NCBI GenBank assembly: GCA_965215195.1
Contig: CBDCDC010000002.1
Coordinates: forward strand, 736,001 to 800,000
DNA length: 64,000 bases
From: Candidatus Latescibacterota bacterium
Lineage (GTDB): Bacteria; Latescibacterota; UBA2968; UBA8231
Direction of reading: 5' to 3'
Under the pieces are notes generated by a model. That model was not told where the DNA came from. It saw only the letters and a program-made list of their open reading frames with translations, and ran no database searches. How positions within the stretch are numbered: the stretch's first letter is position 1; the number at the start of each line of letters is the position of its first letter. Of the stretch, positions 8,404 to 17,583 are shown in pieces. The position numbers and the translations under genes are program-made.

Positions 8404-9776
8404 ACTTGCCCCTCCTTGAAACGGTCGAATACCAACCCGTGGCAACGCGCCCCGGTCCGGCGGGTCGCCGCGTGTACATCGAGACCTATGGCTGCCAGAT
8501 GAACGTGGCCGACAGCGAGCTGGTGGCCAGCATCCTCGCCGACGCCGGGTTCCAGATTACAGAACGCGCCGAGCGCGCCGACATCATCCTGCTCAACACC
8601 TGCGCGGTGCGCGAGCACGCCGAGGAGCGGGTCATTGGTCGCGTCAGCCAGCTCAACGGCCTCCGCGCCCACCGCCCCAACCTCACCTTGGGCATCCTCG
8701 GCTGCATGGCCCAACACCTGAGCAAGACCCTGCCAGACCGCGCCCCCTTCGTGGATTTGGTCATGGGGCCGGATTCCTACCGCCGCCTGCCCCAACTTCT
8801 CGCCCAATCGAGCAACGACGCGCTCTTAGACGTGCGGCTCGACCGCTCTGAGAACTACAGCGGCGTCCACCCTCAGCGCACAACCGGCACCAATGCTTGG
8901 GTCACCATCATCCGCGGCTGCGACAAGTTCTGCACCTTCTGCATCGTGCCTTTTGTGCGCGGCCGGGAGCGCAGCGTAGCCGCCAACGAGATTGTGCGCC
9001 AAGTCCAGCGCATTGCCGCCGAGGGGTTTAAGGAAGTTACCTTACTCGGCCAGACCGTTAATTCCTACCGCGCCGGCAGCGTGGATTTCGCCGATCTCTT
9101 GCGGCAGGTTGGCCAAGTCGAGGGCATTGAGCGGGTGCGCTTCACCTCGCCTTATCCGGTTGACTTTACCGATCGCGTGATTGACGCCATGACCGAGGTC
9201 GGCCCGGTGTGCCCGAGCCTGCACCTGCCAGTGCAGAGCGGCTCGGACGCCCAGCTCGCCCGCATGCGACGCGGGTACACGGTCGATCAATACCGCCAGC
9301 TCGTGTACAAGCTGCGCACCGCCCTGCCCGACCTCGCCCTGACGACCGACATCATCACCGGCTTTTGCGGCGAGACCGACGCGGACTTCCGCCAGACCTG
9401 CGATTTAATGGAAGAGATCCGCTACGACTCGGCTTTCATGTTCAAGTACTCCGAGCGCGAGGGCACATACGCCCACAAGAAGCTGCCCGACGACATTCCC
9501 GAAGCCGTCAAGGGCGAGCGCCTCCAGCACATCATCGCCCTGCAAGAGGACATTTCGCGCCAGCTCAACCAGCGGCAAGTCGGCCGCACGGTCGAGGTCC
9601 TCGTCGAGGGCCCGTCCAAGCGGCCAGCCCCCGATGGCCAGCCCCGCTACTACGGCCGCACTCCGCAGGGCAAGACGGCGATTTTCCCGCAAGCAGCAGC
9701 AAGCAACGCGCTCGTACCTGTCCGCATCGCCCGCGCCACCTCGCACACGCTCTTTGGCGACCGCATCGACAGCTAA
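8400..9776 (+). CDS. miaB: tRNA i6A37 methylthiotransferase MiaB
   Basis: ATGA overlap with mtaB; TYGCQMNVADS, NTCAVRE, RGCDKFCTFCIVP, LHLPVQSGSD, TRAM domain. Confidence 0.95.
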   Translation: MNLPLLETVEYQPVATRPGPAGRRVYIETYGCQMNVADSELVASILADAGFQITERAERADIILLNTCAVREHAEERVIGRVSQLNGLRAHRPNLTLGILGCMAQHLSKTLPDRAPFVDLVMGPDSYRRLPQLLAQSSNDALLDVRLDRSENYSGVHPQRTTGTNAWVTIIRGCDKFCTFCIVPFVRGRERSVAANEIVRQVQRIAAEGFKEVTLLGQTVNSYRAGSVDFADLLRQVGQVEGIERVRFTSPYPVDFTDRVIDAMTEVGPVCPSLHLPVQSGSDAQLARMRRGYTVDQYRQLVYKLRTALPDLALTTDIITGFCGETDADFRQTCDLMEEIRYDSAFMFKYSEREGTYAHKKLPDDIPEAVKGERLQHIIALQEDISRQLNQRQVGRTVEVLVEGPSKRPAPDGQPRYYGRTPQGKTAIFPQAAASNALVPVRIARATSHTLFGDRIDS

Positions 9777-9795
9777 TCGCCTTCAACTAACGACC

Positions 9796-10071
9796 ATGCC
9801 GCTCCAGCAATCCCGCTATTCCGCCGAGGAGACCGCACGACGCGGCGACGAACTGTACGAGCGACATATTCGCCACCAAGTGGAAAAGACCCACGCTGGA
9901 AAAGTCGTCGCCATCGACATCGACAGCGGTAGCTATGCCATCGACGACAACGCCCTCGCGGCATCTAAGCGTCTGTTCATCCAACGTCCCGACGCTGAAA
10001 TCTGGTGCATCCGCATCGGCCATCGGGCACTGCGCCACTTTGGCGGTCGTCCGTTGCAGGGACACCAATGA
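9796..10071 (+). CDS. Small DUF5678-like protein (usual partner of clan AA aspartic proteases)
   Basis: RRGDELYERHIR..GKVVAIDIDSGSY..IWCIRIG; next gene overlaps by ATGA. Confidence 0.7.
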   Translation: MPLQQSRYSAEETARRGDELYERHIRHQVEKTHAGKVVAIDIDSGSYAIDDNALAASKRLFIQRPDAEIWCIRIGHRALRHFGGRPLQGHQ

Positions 10072-10220
10072 TCGCAGGCGTTAGCGATCATCCGCCTTGA
10101 AGTGCAGGGGCCAGCGAGACAAAAGCGCGAGGTGGAAGCTGTCGTGGATACAGGATACAACGGCTTTCTCACGTTGCCGCCACGTCTTATTGCGGCTCTT
10201 GGACTGAGCCGCCAAATTGA
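10068..10220 (+). pseudogene. Truncated, frameshifted clan AA aspartic protease (AF_0612-like)
   Basis: MIAGV, then frameshift to AIIRLEVQGPARQKREVEAVVDTGYNGFLTLPP..LGL; DTG motif; C-terminal half missing. Confidence 0.75.
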
Positions 10221-10248
10221 ACTCACATCCCTCCCACGAAAGGCTCCT

Positions 10249-12336
10249 ATGTTCATTCGCTATCTACTGCTCATCGCCCTGTGCTCCACCGCCTACGCCG
10301 ACCCGCAAGCCACCCGCTCCGACCTTGAGATCCATCGCATCCTCAACGTCCCCCAAGGTACGCTCCGCATCGCCAAGGACCCGCGTACCAACGCGCTCTA
10401 CACCTTGCGGCAAAACGGCGCGATTGATCGCATTGACCTAGCGACGGCCCAGCGTGCGCCCGCATACTCCAGAGCCGATCACGGCATCCGCAGCGGCTTT
10501 ACGGGCTTTGCCATCGGGCCGGACGGCTCGTTTTACTTGGCGTCCAACCGCCGTGGCCCCCGCGACAGCGGCCAATTTGCCCTCGCCCGCGGGCTTTTGC
10601 TCAACGCCGACACCGGCGAGCGGCAGTGGGAACAGCTCGACCCAGACAGCTTGCCCGCCGACGTTCCCCTCGACGACATCCTCGCCGCCACCAGCCTCGG
10701 CCGCGATCCCACGACCGACATCCGCTACGCCCTCAAGACCAACGGCGACATCACCCTCGTGCCGTCGGGCACGGTGTACACGGCCGCCGACCACGGCTTC
10801 AGCCGCCCCAGCGCCCTGTTTATCGACGACGCCGGCACTTTCTACGTCCTCAAACGCATCGACCTATCCAGCTACAACATCGCCACCATCACCAAGGGCG
10901 AGGTCGATCCAAGCAGCGGCGAGGCGTGGTACACCTTTCACAACACGGCCGGCGAGATCGTCACTAAGGAAAAGTGGTACAGCTTGCCCAAGGTCCTGCG
11001 GGGCCGGGTCGATACCACCATCGTCAGCAGCGAGCGCACCTTTTTCACCCTCGCGGAAACCGCACCCTACGAGCGGTGCGACTGCATCTTCAACCACGAG
11101 GTCAACGGGCTGGTCGTCAGCCCGGACAACCGCTCGCTCTTTGTCAACAGCGGTTCGCGCACTGATCACGGCGAAATACAAGACGGCAAAGGGGCCTTTC
11201 CCGGGCTGCGCGAAACCGCGCTCACGGCTATCGTCTTGCGCGTCCCGACCGATGCCCGCGATCTCGTACTGCCCAACGACCGCGACGAACTCCGCGCTCA
11301 AGGTTTCCTCTTTGCCGAGGGGCTGCGCAACGCCTACGACCTCGCCTTCGCGCCCAACGGCGACCTCTTCGCCACGGAAAACGGGCCGGACCGCGACATG
11401 GCCGAGGAACTCAACTGGCTGCGCCAAGGCCATCACTACGGCTTTCCCTGGCGCATGGGACTCGAAGATACGCCGCAGCAATTTCCCGAGTACGACCCGG
11501 CCACCGACTTCCTCCTCCCCGCCGGGTTCACGGCCGTGCGCGAAGGCTACTACCACAACGATCCCATGTATCCCCCACCGCCGCGCGCCTTCACCGACCC
11601 GGTGATCAATCGCGGACCAGACGCCGACGCGTACCGCGACCCAGCCGACGGCCAAATCAAGGATGCCAGCGAAGAAGGCGTACGCTTCGCCACCTTTACC
11701 GCGCACCGCTCGCCGCTCGGATTGGTGTTTGACGTGGACCATGCCTGCGCCGAGCCGCTCCAAGGCGATGGCTTCGCGCTCAGTTGGACTAGAGGCGACC
11801 CGGACGGCGACAGCGTCAACGGGCCGTTCAACGACCCCAGCCAAGACCTGCTACACCTCGACTTGGCCAAAGTCGGCGACCACTACCAAGCGCACGTCAC
11901 CCGCCTCGTCGGCGGGTTTGCCAATCCCATTGACGCGGAGATCATCGCCAATCGCCTGTACGTCATCGAGTGGAGCGGCCAGCGCGGGCTGTGGGAAATC
12001 GTCCTGCCGCAAGCTGCAACCGCGACAGCTATTGCCGAGGCCGCAGGCGTTGTGCCGGCGGAGTTTGCGCTGGCGCAAAATTTCCCCAACCCCTTTAACC
12101 CAAGCACCACCATTGCCTTCCAACTCCCCCTCGCCTCCCAAGTCGAGTTGGCCATTTACAGCATCAGCGGCCAGCGCGTGCGCACCCTCATCAGCGGTTT
12201 TCTGCCCGCCGGGCACCATCGCCTCCAATGGGACGGCCGCAACGAGCGCGGTGCGCCAGTGGCCAGCGGCGCGTACCTATACCAGCTATCGGCCGGCGCC
12301 TTTGTCGCCACCCGACAGCTTACGCTGCTCAAGTAA
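10249..12336 (+). CDS. Secreted glucose/sorbosone dehydrogenase (GSDH)-type beta-propeller with FlgD-Ig/T9SS-like C-terminal domain
   Basis: Signal MFIRYLLLIALCSTAYA; AEGLRNAYDLAF, ATENGPD, EELNWL..GHHYGFP; C-terminal LAQNFPNPFNP..WDGRNERG..VASG..LTLLK. Confidence 0.85.
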   Translation: MFIRYLLLIALCSTAYADPQATRSDLEIHRILNVPQGTLRIAKDPRTNALYTLRQNGAIDRIDLATAQRAPAYSRADHGIRSGFTGFAIGPDGSFYLASNRRGPRDSGQFALARGLLLNADTGERQWEQLDPDSLPADVPLDDILAATSLGRDPTTDIRYALKTNGDITLVPSGTVYTAADHGFSRPSALFIDDAGTFYVLKRIDLSSYNIATITKGEVDPSSGEAWYTFHNTAGEIVTKEKWYSLPKVLRGRVDTTIVSSERTFFTLAETAPYERCDCIFNHEVNGLVVSPDNRSLFVNSGSRTDHGEIQDGKGAFPGLRETALTAIVLRVPTDARDLVLPNDRDELRAQGFLFAEGLRNAYDLAFAPNGDLFATENGPDRDMAEELNWLRQGHHYGFPWRMGLEDTPQQFPEYDPATDFLLPAGFTAVREGYYHNDPMYPPPPRAFTDPVINRGPDADAYRDPADGQIKDASEEGVRFATFTAHRSPLGLVFDVDHACAEPLQGDGFALSWTRGDPDGDSVNGPFNDPSQDLLHLDLAKVGDHYQAHVTRLVGGFANPIDAEIIANRLYVIEWSGQRGLWEIVLPQAATATAIAEAAGVVPAEFALAQNFPNPFNPSTTIAFQLPLASQVELAIYSISGQRVRTLISGFLPAGHHRLQWDGRNERGAPVASGAYLYQLSAGAFVATRQLTLLK

Positions 12337-14083
12337 TCCGACCCAAGCGCAATGAGCATCGTCTTGTTCCTAGGCATTCTTGGCCGACTGCGACCTGCGT
12401 CCGCAAACAGTGCTTCGCTCAGACAGCTCTGCAAAAGTTGCCTCGCGCTCGCGGCCCTTTGCTCCACCGCCTATGCCGACCCACAACCCACCCGCGATGA
12501 TCTTGCAATCCGCCGCATCCTCAATGTCTCCCAAGGCACCATCCGCATCGCCAAGGACCCGCGCGACGACGCGCTTTATATCTTGCGGCAGGACGGCGCG
12601 ATCGAGCGCATTGATCTAGCGGCGGCTGAGCGCGTCTTAGTGTATTCCCACAGCCACCACGGCATCCGCAGCGGCTTCACGGGCTTTGCCATTGGGCCGG
12701 ACGGCTCGTTTTATCTTGCGTCTAATCGCCACGGCCCCCGCGACAGCGGCCAATTTGCCCTCGCCCGCGGGCTTTTGCTCGACGCCGACACCGGCAAGCG
12801 GCAGTGGGAACAGCTCGCGCCAGACAACTTGCCCGCCGACGTTCCCATCGACCACATCCTCGCCGCCACCATCTTTGGCCGCGATCCCACAACCAACATC
12901 CGCTACGCGCTCAAGACCAACGGCGACATCACCCTCGTGCCATCGGGCACAGTGTACACGGCCGCCGACCACGGCCTCAGCCGCCCGAGCGCCCTGTTTA
13001 TCGACGCCGACGGCACCTTTTACGTCCTCAAACGCATCGACCTGTCTATCTACAACATCGCCACCATCACCAAGGGCGAAGTCGATCCAAGCAGTGGCAC
13101 GCGCACTTGGTTTACCCTCGCGGAGAGCGAACCCTATGAGCGGTGCGACTGCATCTACAACCACGAGGTCAACGCGCTAGTTGTCAGCCCGGACAATCGC
13201 TCGCTCTTTATCAACAGCGGCTCGCGCACCGATCACGGCGAGATACAAGACGGCGATGGGCACTTCCCCGGGCTGCGCGAAACCGCGCTCACGGCCGTCA
13301 TTTTGCGCGTTCCAACCCATGCTCGCGACCTCGTGCTGCCCAACGACCGCTATGTCCTCCTCGACCAAGGCTTCCTCTTTGCCGAGGGACTGCGCAATGC
13401 CTACGACCTCGCCTTCGCACCTAACGGCGACCTCTTCGCCACGGAAAACGGGCCGGGCCGCGACATGGCCGAGGAACTCAACTGGCTGCGCCAAGGGCAT
13501 CACTACGGCTTCCCTTGGCGCATGGGACTCGAAGACACCCCGCAGCAATTTTCCGACTACGACCCGGCCACCGACTTCCTCCTTTCCCCCCGCTCCACGG
13601 CCGTGCGCGAAGGCTACTACCACAACGATCCCACGTATCCCCCGCCGCCGCGCGCCTTCACCGACCCGGTGCTCAATCTCGGACCAGACGCCGACGCCTA
13701 CCGCGACCCAGCCGATGGCCAAATCAAGGATGCCAGCGAAGAAGGCGTGCGCTTCGGCACCTTTACCGCGCACCGCTCGCCGCTCGGACTGGTGTTCGAC
13801 GTGGATAATGCCCTCGCCGAGCCGCTCCAAGGCGATGGCTTCGCGCTCAGTTGGACGAGGGGCGATCCCGAAGGCGACAGCGTCAACGGGCCGTTCAACG
13901 ACCCCAGCCAAGACCTGCTGCACCTCGACTTGGCCAAAGTCGGCGACCACTACCAAGCGCACGTCACCCGCCTCGTCGGCGGGTTTGCCAATCCCATTGA
14001 CGCGGAAATCATCGCCAATCGCCTGTACGTCATCGAGTGGAGCGGCCAGCGCGGGCTGTGGGAAATCGTCCTGCCGCAAGCTG
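10282..14083 (+). repeat. Tandem gene duplication (10282-12016 vs 12460-14083)
   Basis: Long near-identical nucleotide stretches; offset changes from 2178 to 2067 across a 111-bp insert in copy 1. Confidence 0.95.
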
Positions 14084-15330
14084 AGGAGTTCCCGCCCGCC
14101 CGCTTAGGCGACGCACGCGTCTTCAGTGACCTACGCACGCAAACGCCGGCGGCCGGCGTAGTGCCGTACGCAGTCAATGCGCCGTTTTGGTCGGACGGCG
14201 CCACAAAAACGCGGTTCATGCGCCTCCCGCCCGGCGAGCGCATTGCCTTTGCCAGCAGCGGGCCTTGGGGCTTTCCCGACCAGACCCTCCTAGTCAAGAA
14301 CTTTTACCTCGACTTGGTGCGCGGCGATCCGGCCAGCCGGCGCATCGTCGAAACGCGCTTCCTCGTCAAGCGCGTGGAGGCCCCGGGCTGGGACGGGTAT
14401 AGCTATCTGTGGAACGAGGCCGGCACCGACGCCACCTTGCTCGCCGACAGCACGACCGTTGCATACGTGATTGACGACCCCCAAGATCCGGTGGGCTTTC
14501 TCTTACAGGAGTACTACTTTCCCGCGCGCCAAGACTGCGAGGTCTGCCACACCAAGGGCGCGGGCTACGTCCTCGGCGTCCACACGGCCCAGCTCCACGC
14601 CGGCGCGGAACCAAACCAGTTGCACACTCTCGCCCAACAGGGCCTTTTCACCGAGGAGCTGCCAGCCGACTTATCTTCCTTGCCCCGCCTGCCCAACCCC
14701 TTCGACCTCAGCGTCCCACTCGACCAGCGCGCCCGTTCGTACCTGCATGTGAACTGCGCGCCGTGCCACCGGCCCGAAAGCGTCGGCCGCACCATCATCG
14801 ACCTGCGCTACGACACGCCCTTGGTCGAGACCAATACTGTCGGAGCTTTCCCCACGCTCGGCGATTTGGGCGAGCTAGAGGCCCGCATCCTCACCCCCGG
14901 GGCACCCCAGCTTTCCACGCTCTACCTGCGGATGCTGACGCTGGGCACCTTTCGCATGCCCCCGCTGGCGTCGTCAATCATCGACGAGCGCGGTGCCGAC
15001 CTCATCGCGGCATGGATCGCATCTCTCAATTCGGCGACCAAAGCCTTGCCTGCTGAGTTCGCCCTTGCACAAAATCACCCCAACCCCTTCAACGCAGTCA
15101 CCACCGTCCCATTCCAACTCGCGGCCCCCGCTGGCGTTGAGCTGGCCCTGTACAACGCAGTCGGCCAAAAAATCCGCATCCTATTCGCCGGGCATCTGAG
15201 CGCCGGCCGCTACCGCGCCCAGTGGGATGGGCGCGACGATGCCGGCCACAGGGTCGCCAGCGGCACCTATTTCTACAGCTTGCGAGCCGGGCATTACCTA
15301 GAGATCAAGCAACTGACCCTGCTTAAATAA
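12352..15330 (+). CDS. GSDH-type beta-propeller + SO2930-like diheme cytochrome c + FlgD-Ig/T9SS-like C-terminal domain
   Basis: Paralog of previous gene; YAVNAPFWSDGATKTR, CEVCH and CAPCH heme motifs, RMPPLAS; C-terminal NPFNA..LTLLK; start codon uncertain. Confidence 0.85.
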   Translation: MSIVLFLGILGRLRPASANSASLRQLCKSCLALAALCSTAYADPQPTRDDLAIRRILNVSQGTIRIAKDPRDDALYILRQDGAIERIDLAAAERVLVYSHSHHGIRSGFTGFAIGPDGSFYLASNRHGPRDSGQFALARGLLLDADTGKRQWEQLAPDNLPADVPIDHILAATIFGRDPTTNIRYALKTNGDITLVPSGTVYTAADHGLSRPSALFIDADGTFYVLKRIDLSIYNIATITKGEVDPSSGTRTWFTLAESEPYERCDCIYNHEVNALVVSPDNRSLFINSGSRTDHGEIQDGDGHFPGLRETALTAVILRVPTHARDLVLPNDRYVLLDQGFLFAEGLRNAYDLAFAPNGDLFATENGPGRDMAEELNWLRQGHHYGFPWRMGLEDTPQQFSDYDPATDFLLSPRSTAVREGYYHNDPTYPPPPRAFTDPVLNLGPDADAYRDPADGQIKDASEEGVRFGTFTAHRSPLGLVFDVDNALAEPLQGDGFALSWTRGDPEGDSVNGPFNDPSQDLLHLDLAKVGDHYQAHVTRLVGGFANPIDAEIIANRLYVIEWSGQRGLWEIVLPQAEEFPPARLGDARVFSDLRTQTPAAGVVPYAVNAPFWSDGATKTRFMRLPPGERIAFASSGPWGFPDQTLLVKNFYLDLVRGDPASRRIVETRFLVKRVEAPGWDGYSYLWNEAGTDATLLADSTTVAYVIDDPQDPVGFLLQEYYFPARQDCEVCHTKGAGYVLGVHTAQLHAGAEPNQLHTLAQQGLFTEELPADLSSLPRLPNPFDLSVPLDQRARSYLHVNCAPCHRPESVGRTIIDLRYDTPLVETNTVGAFPTLGDLGELEARILTPGAPQLSTLYLRMLTLGTFRMPPLASSIIDERGADLIAAWIASLNSATKALPAEFALAQNHPNPFNAVTTVPFQLAAPAGVELALYNAVGQKIRILFAGHLSAGRYRAQWDGRDDAGHRVASGTYFYSLRAGHYLEIKQLTLLK

Positions 15331-15403
15331 CTGACCCCTCGGTCGTCTCCACACACCGACGCAACCAAGCCTCCACATCCATCCCCTCAGGACGACCCAT
15401 CCC

Positions 15404-17578
15404 ATGAATCCCTGCGCCATTGCCCTGTTGGTCCTCGCTTTAGCCAGTTGCGCTGCCGATCCCTACCAAACGCCCGGCACCCAGCGCATGGCCGAGCAAC
15501 TCGCCGCCCTCGCCGCTCGTGCCAACGCCGCGGACAACATCTATTTGAGCCAGCACCGCGTCGATTGGCTGCGCCGCCAGCCCGCACCAGACGACCCGGT
15601 GCAACAGCTTAGCCAACAGGTCGAACTGGCCAAAGAGCTGTTGCGCGCCGGCGCATCCGCCGAGGCAGCCACCCTGTTCGAGCAGGTGCGCGACCAAGCC
15701 GCTGCCCATCGCTTCCGCACTCGGCCGAGCCTCGAAGAGATGATCGCCCTCGCCTACTTGCGGCTCGGCGAGCAGCAAAACTGCATCGACGCCCACAACA
15801 TCGCTTCCTGCCTGCTGCCCATCGCGGCCGCGGGAGTCCACAAGGTACAAGACGGATCGCGTACGGCCATTGCCTACTACCGAGCGATCCTCGAAAAGAC
15901 GCCCTACGATCTGACCTCGCGCTGGCTGCTCAACATCGCCTATATGACCGTAGGCGAGTATCCGCATCAAGTGCCAGCCGGGCATCTCATTCCCCCAGAA
16001 GCCTTCGCCCCTGACGCCGACATCGGCCGCTTCCCCGACCGGGGCCCCGCCCTCGGGCTGGATGTTCTCGGCTTGGCCGGAGGCGGCATTATGGAAGACT
16101 TTGACAACGACGGCTTTCTCGACATCATGGCCACTTCTTGGGGGCTCGACGATCCACTGCGCTACTTCCGCAACCAAGGCGACGGCTCCTTTGCCGAGCG
16201 CACGGCCGCCGCGGGCTTGACCGGCCTAGTTGGCGGCCTCAACGCCGTGCAGACGGATTTTGACAACGACGGCTTCGCCGATGTGCTGGTCCTGCGCGGC
16301 GGCTGGTTTGGTGCCGACGGCCTCCATCCCAACTCGCTATTGCGCAACCAAGGCGACGGCACCTTCGCCGACGTGACCGAGGCGGCTGGGCTGCTCACTT
16401 TGCACCCCACGCAGACGGCTGCCTGGGCCGACTTCGACAACGACGGTTGGCTCGATCTCTTCGTGGGCAACGAGTCCTCGGCCCAAGAGCGACATCCCTG
16501 CGAATTGTTCCGCAACCAAGGCGACGGCTCCTTTGCCGACGTAGCAGCGCAAGTCGGCTTGGATGTCGAGGGCTTCGTCAAAGGGGTGGCTTGGGGCGAC
16601 ATGGACAACGACCGCCGGCCCGACCTCTACATCTCCCGCCTCGGGCAGCCCAATCTGCTCTTCCACAACGACGGTCCAGACGCCGACGGCCGCTGGCGTT
16701 TTTCCGACATAACCGCCCGCGCTGGCGTGAGTCAGCCGACGTTTAGCTTCCCAGTGTGGTTTTGGGACTACGACAACGACGGCTGGCTGGACCTGTTCGT
16801 CTCTGGCTACAAGGCCGATGCCGGCGATGTGGCCGCCGACTACATGGGCCTGCCGCACAAGGGCGAGCCGCCCCGCCTCTACCGCAACCAAGGCGATGGC
16901 ACCTTCGCCGACGTGGCCCAACAGACCCACAGTGACAAAGTTCTCTATACGATGGGCTGCAATTTCGGCGACCTCGACAACGACGGCTGGCTCGATTTCT
17001 ACGCTGGCACCGGCGACCCAGACTACCGTTCGCTAATGCCCAACCGCATGTTCCGCAACGCCGCCGGGCAGCACTTCGAGGATGTAACTACTTCCGGCGG
17101 CTTCGGCCACTTGCAAAAAGGGCATGGCGTCGCCTTCGGCGATATCGACAACGACGGCGATCAGGACATCTACGCGGTGGTCGGCGGGGCCTATTCCGGG
17201 GACGTGTACACCAATGTGCTCTTTGAAAACCCCGGGCACGGCAACCACTGGATCACCCTCAAACTGGAGGGAACTAAGTCGAATCGAGCTGGGATCGGCA
17301 CGCGAATCCAAGCCCGCGCCGGGACGCGGACTATCCACATCCTCGCCGGCACGGGCGCGAGTTTTGGGGCTTCGACCTTACAACAGGAGATCGGATTGGG
17401 GGAAGCTGAGGGGCTCGACGCCCTGACCTTGCACTGGCCGTCGGGCGCGGTGCAAACCTTCACAGACGTGCCGGTCAATGCAGTGTATCGGGTCCGCGAA
17501 GACGCCACGGCCCTAGAGCGCTTGGAGGTCTATCCCCTCGCGCTAGCTACTGAGGGCCACCGAGCGCATCGCCATTAA
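15404..17578 (+). CDS. CRTAC1-family (FG-GAP repeats + ASPIC/UnbV) lipoprotein
   Basis: Lipobox LALASC; repeated DFDNDGxLD and RNQGDGxF; C-terminal NHWITLKLEG..SNRAGIG..WPSG. Confidence 0.9.
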   Translation: MNPCAIALLVLALASCAADPYQTPGTQRMAEQLAALAARANAADNIYLSQHRVDWLRRQPAPDDPVQQLSQQVELAKELLRAGASAEAATLFEQVRDQAAAHRFRTRPSLEEMIALAYLRLGEQQNCIDAHNIASCLLPIAAAGVHKVQDGSRTAIAYYRAILEKTPYDLTSRWLLNIAYMTVGEYPHQVPAGHLIPPEAFAPDADIGRFPDRGPALGLDVLGLAGGGIMEDFDNDGFLDIMATSWGLDDPLRYFRNQGDGSFAERTAAAGLTGLVGGLNAVQTDFDNDGFADVLVLRGGWFGADGLHPNSLLRNQGDGTFADVTEAAGLLTLHPTQTAAWADFDNDGWLDLFVGNESSAQERHPCELFRNQGDGSFADVAAQVGLDVEGFVKGVAWGDMDNDRRPDLYISRLGQPNLLFHNDGPDADGRWRFSDITARAGVSQPTFSFPVWFWDYDNDGWLDLFVSGYKADAGDVAADYMGLPHKGEPPRLYRNQGDGTFADVAQQTHSDKVLYTMGCNFGDLDNDGWLDFYAGTGDPDYRSLMPNRMFRNAAGQHFEDVTTSGGFGHLQKGHGVAFGDIDNDGDQDIYAVVGGAYSGDVYTNVLFENPGHGNHWITLKLEGTKSNRAGIGTRIQARAGTRTIHILAGTGASFGASTLQQEIGLGEAEGLDALTLHWPSGAVQTFTDVPVNAVYRVREDATALERLEVYPLALATEGHRAHRH

Positions 17579-17583
17579 ACCGC

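Noticed and set aside
10102-10248. Aspartic protease-GSDH fusion protein (744-aa ORF)
   Set aside because: A clear signal peptide starts at ATG 10249; the upstream part is a pseudogene fragment that happens to be in frame
10921-11031. Insert as a DGR variable region or an intein
   Set aside because: Differences from the donor-like sequence are not adenine-specific, there is no reverse transcriptase in the window, and no intein splice motifs
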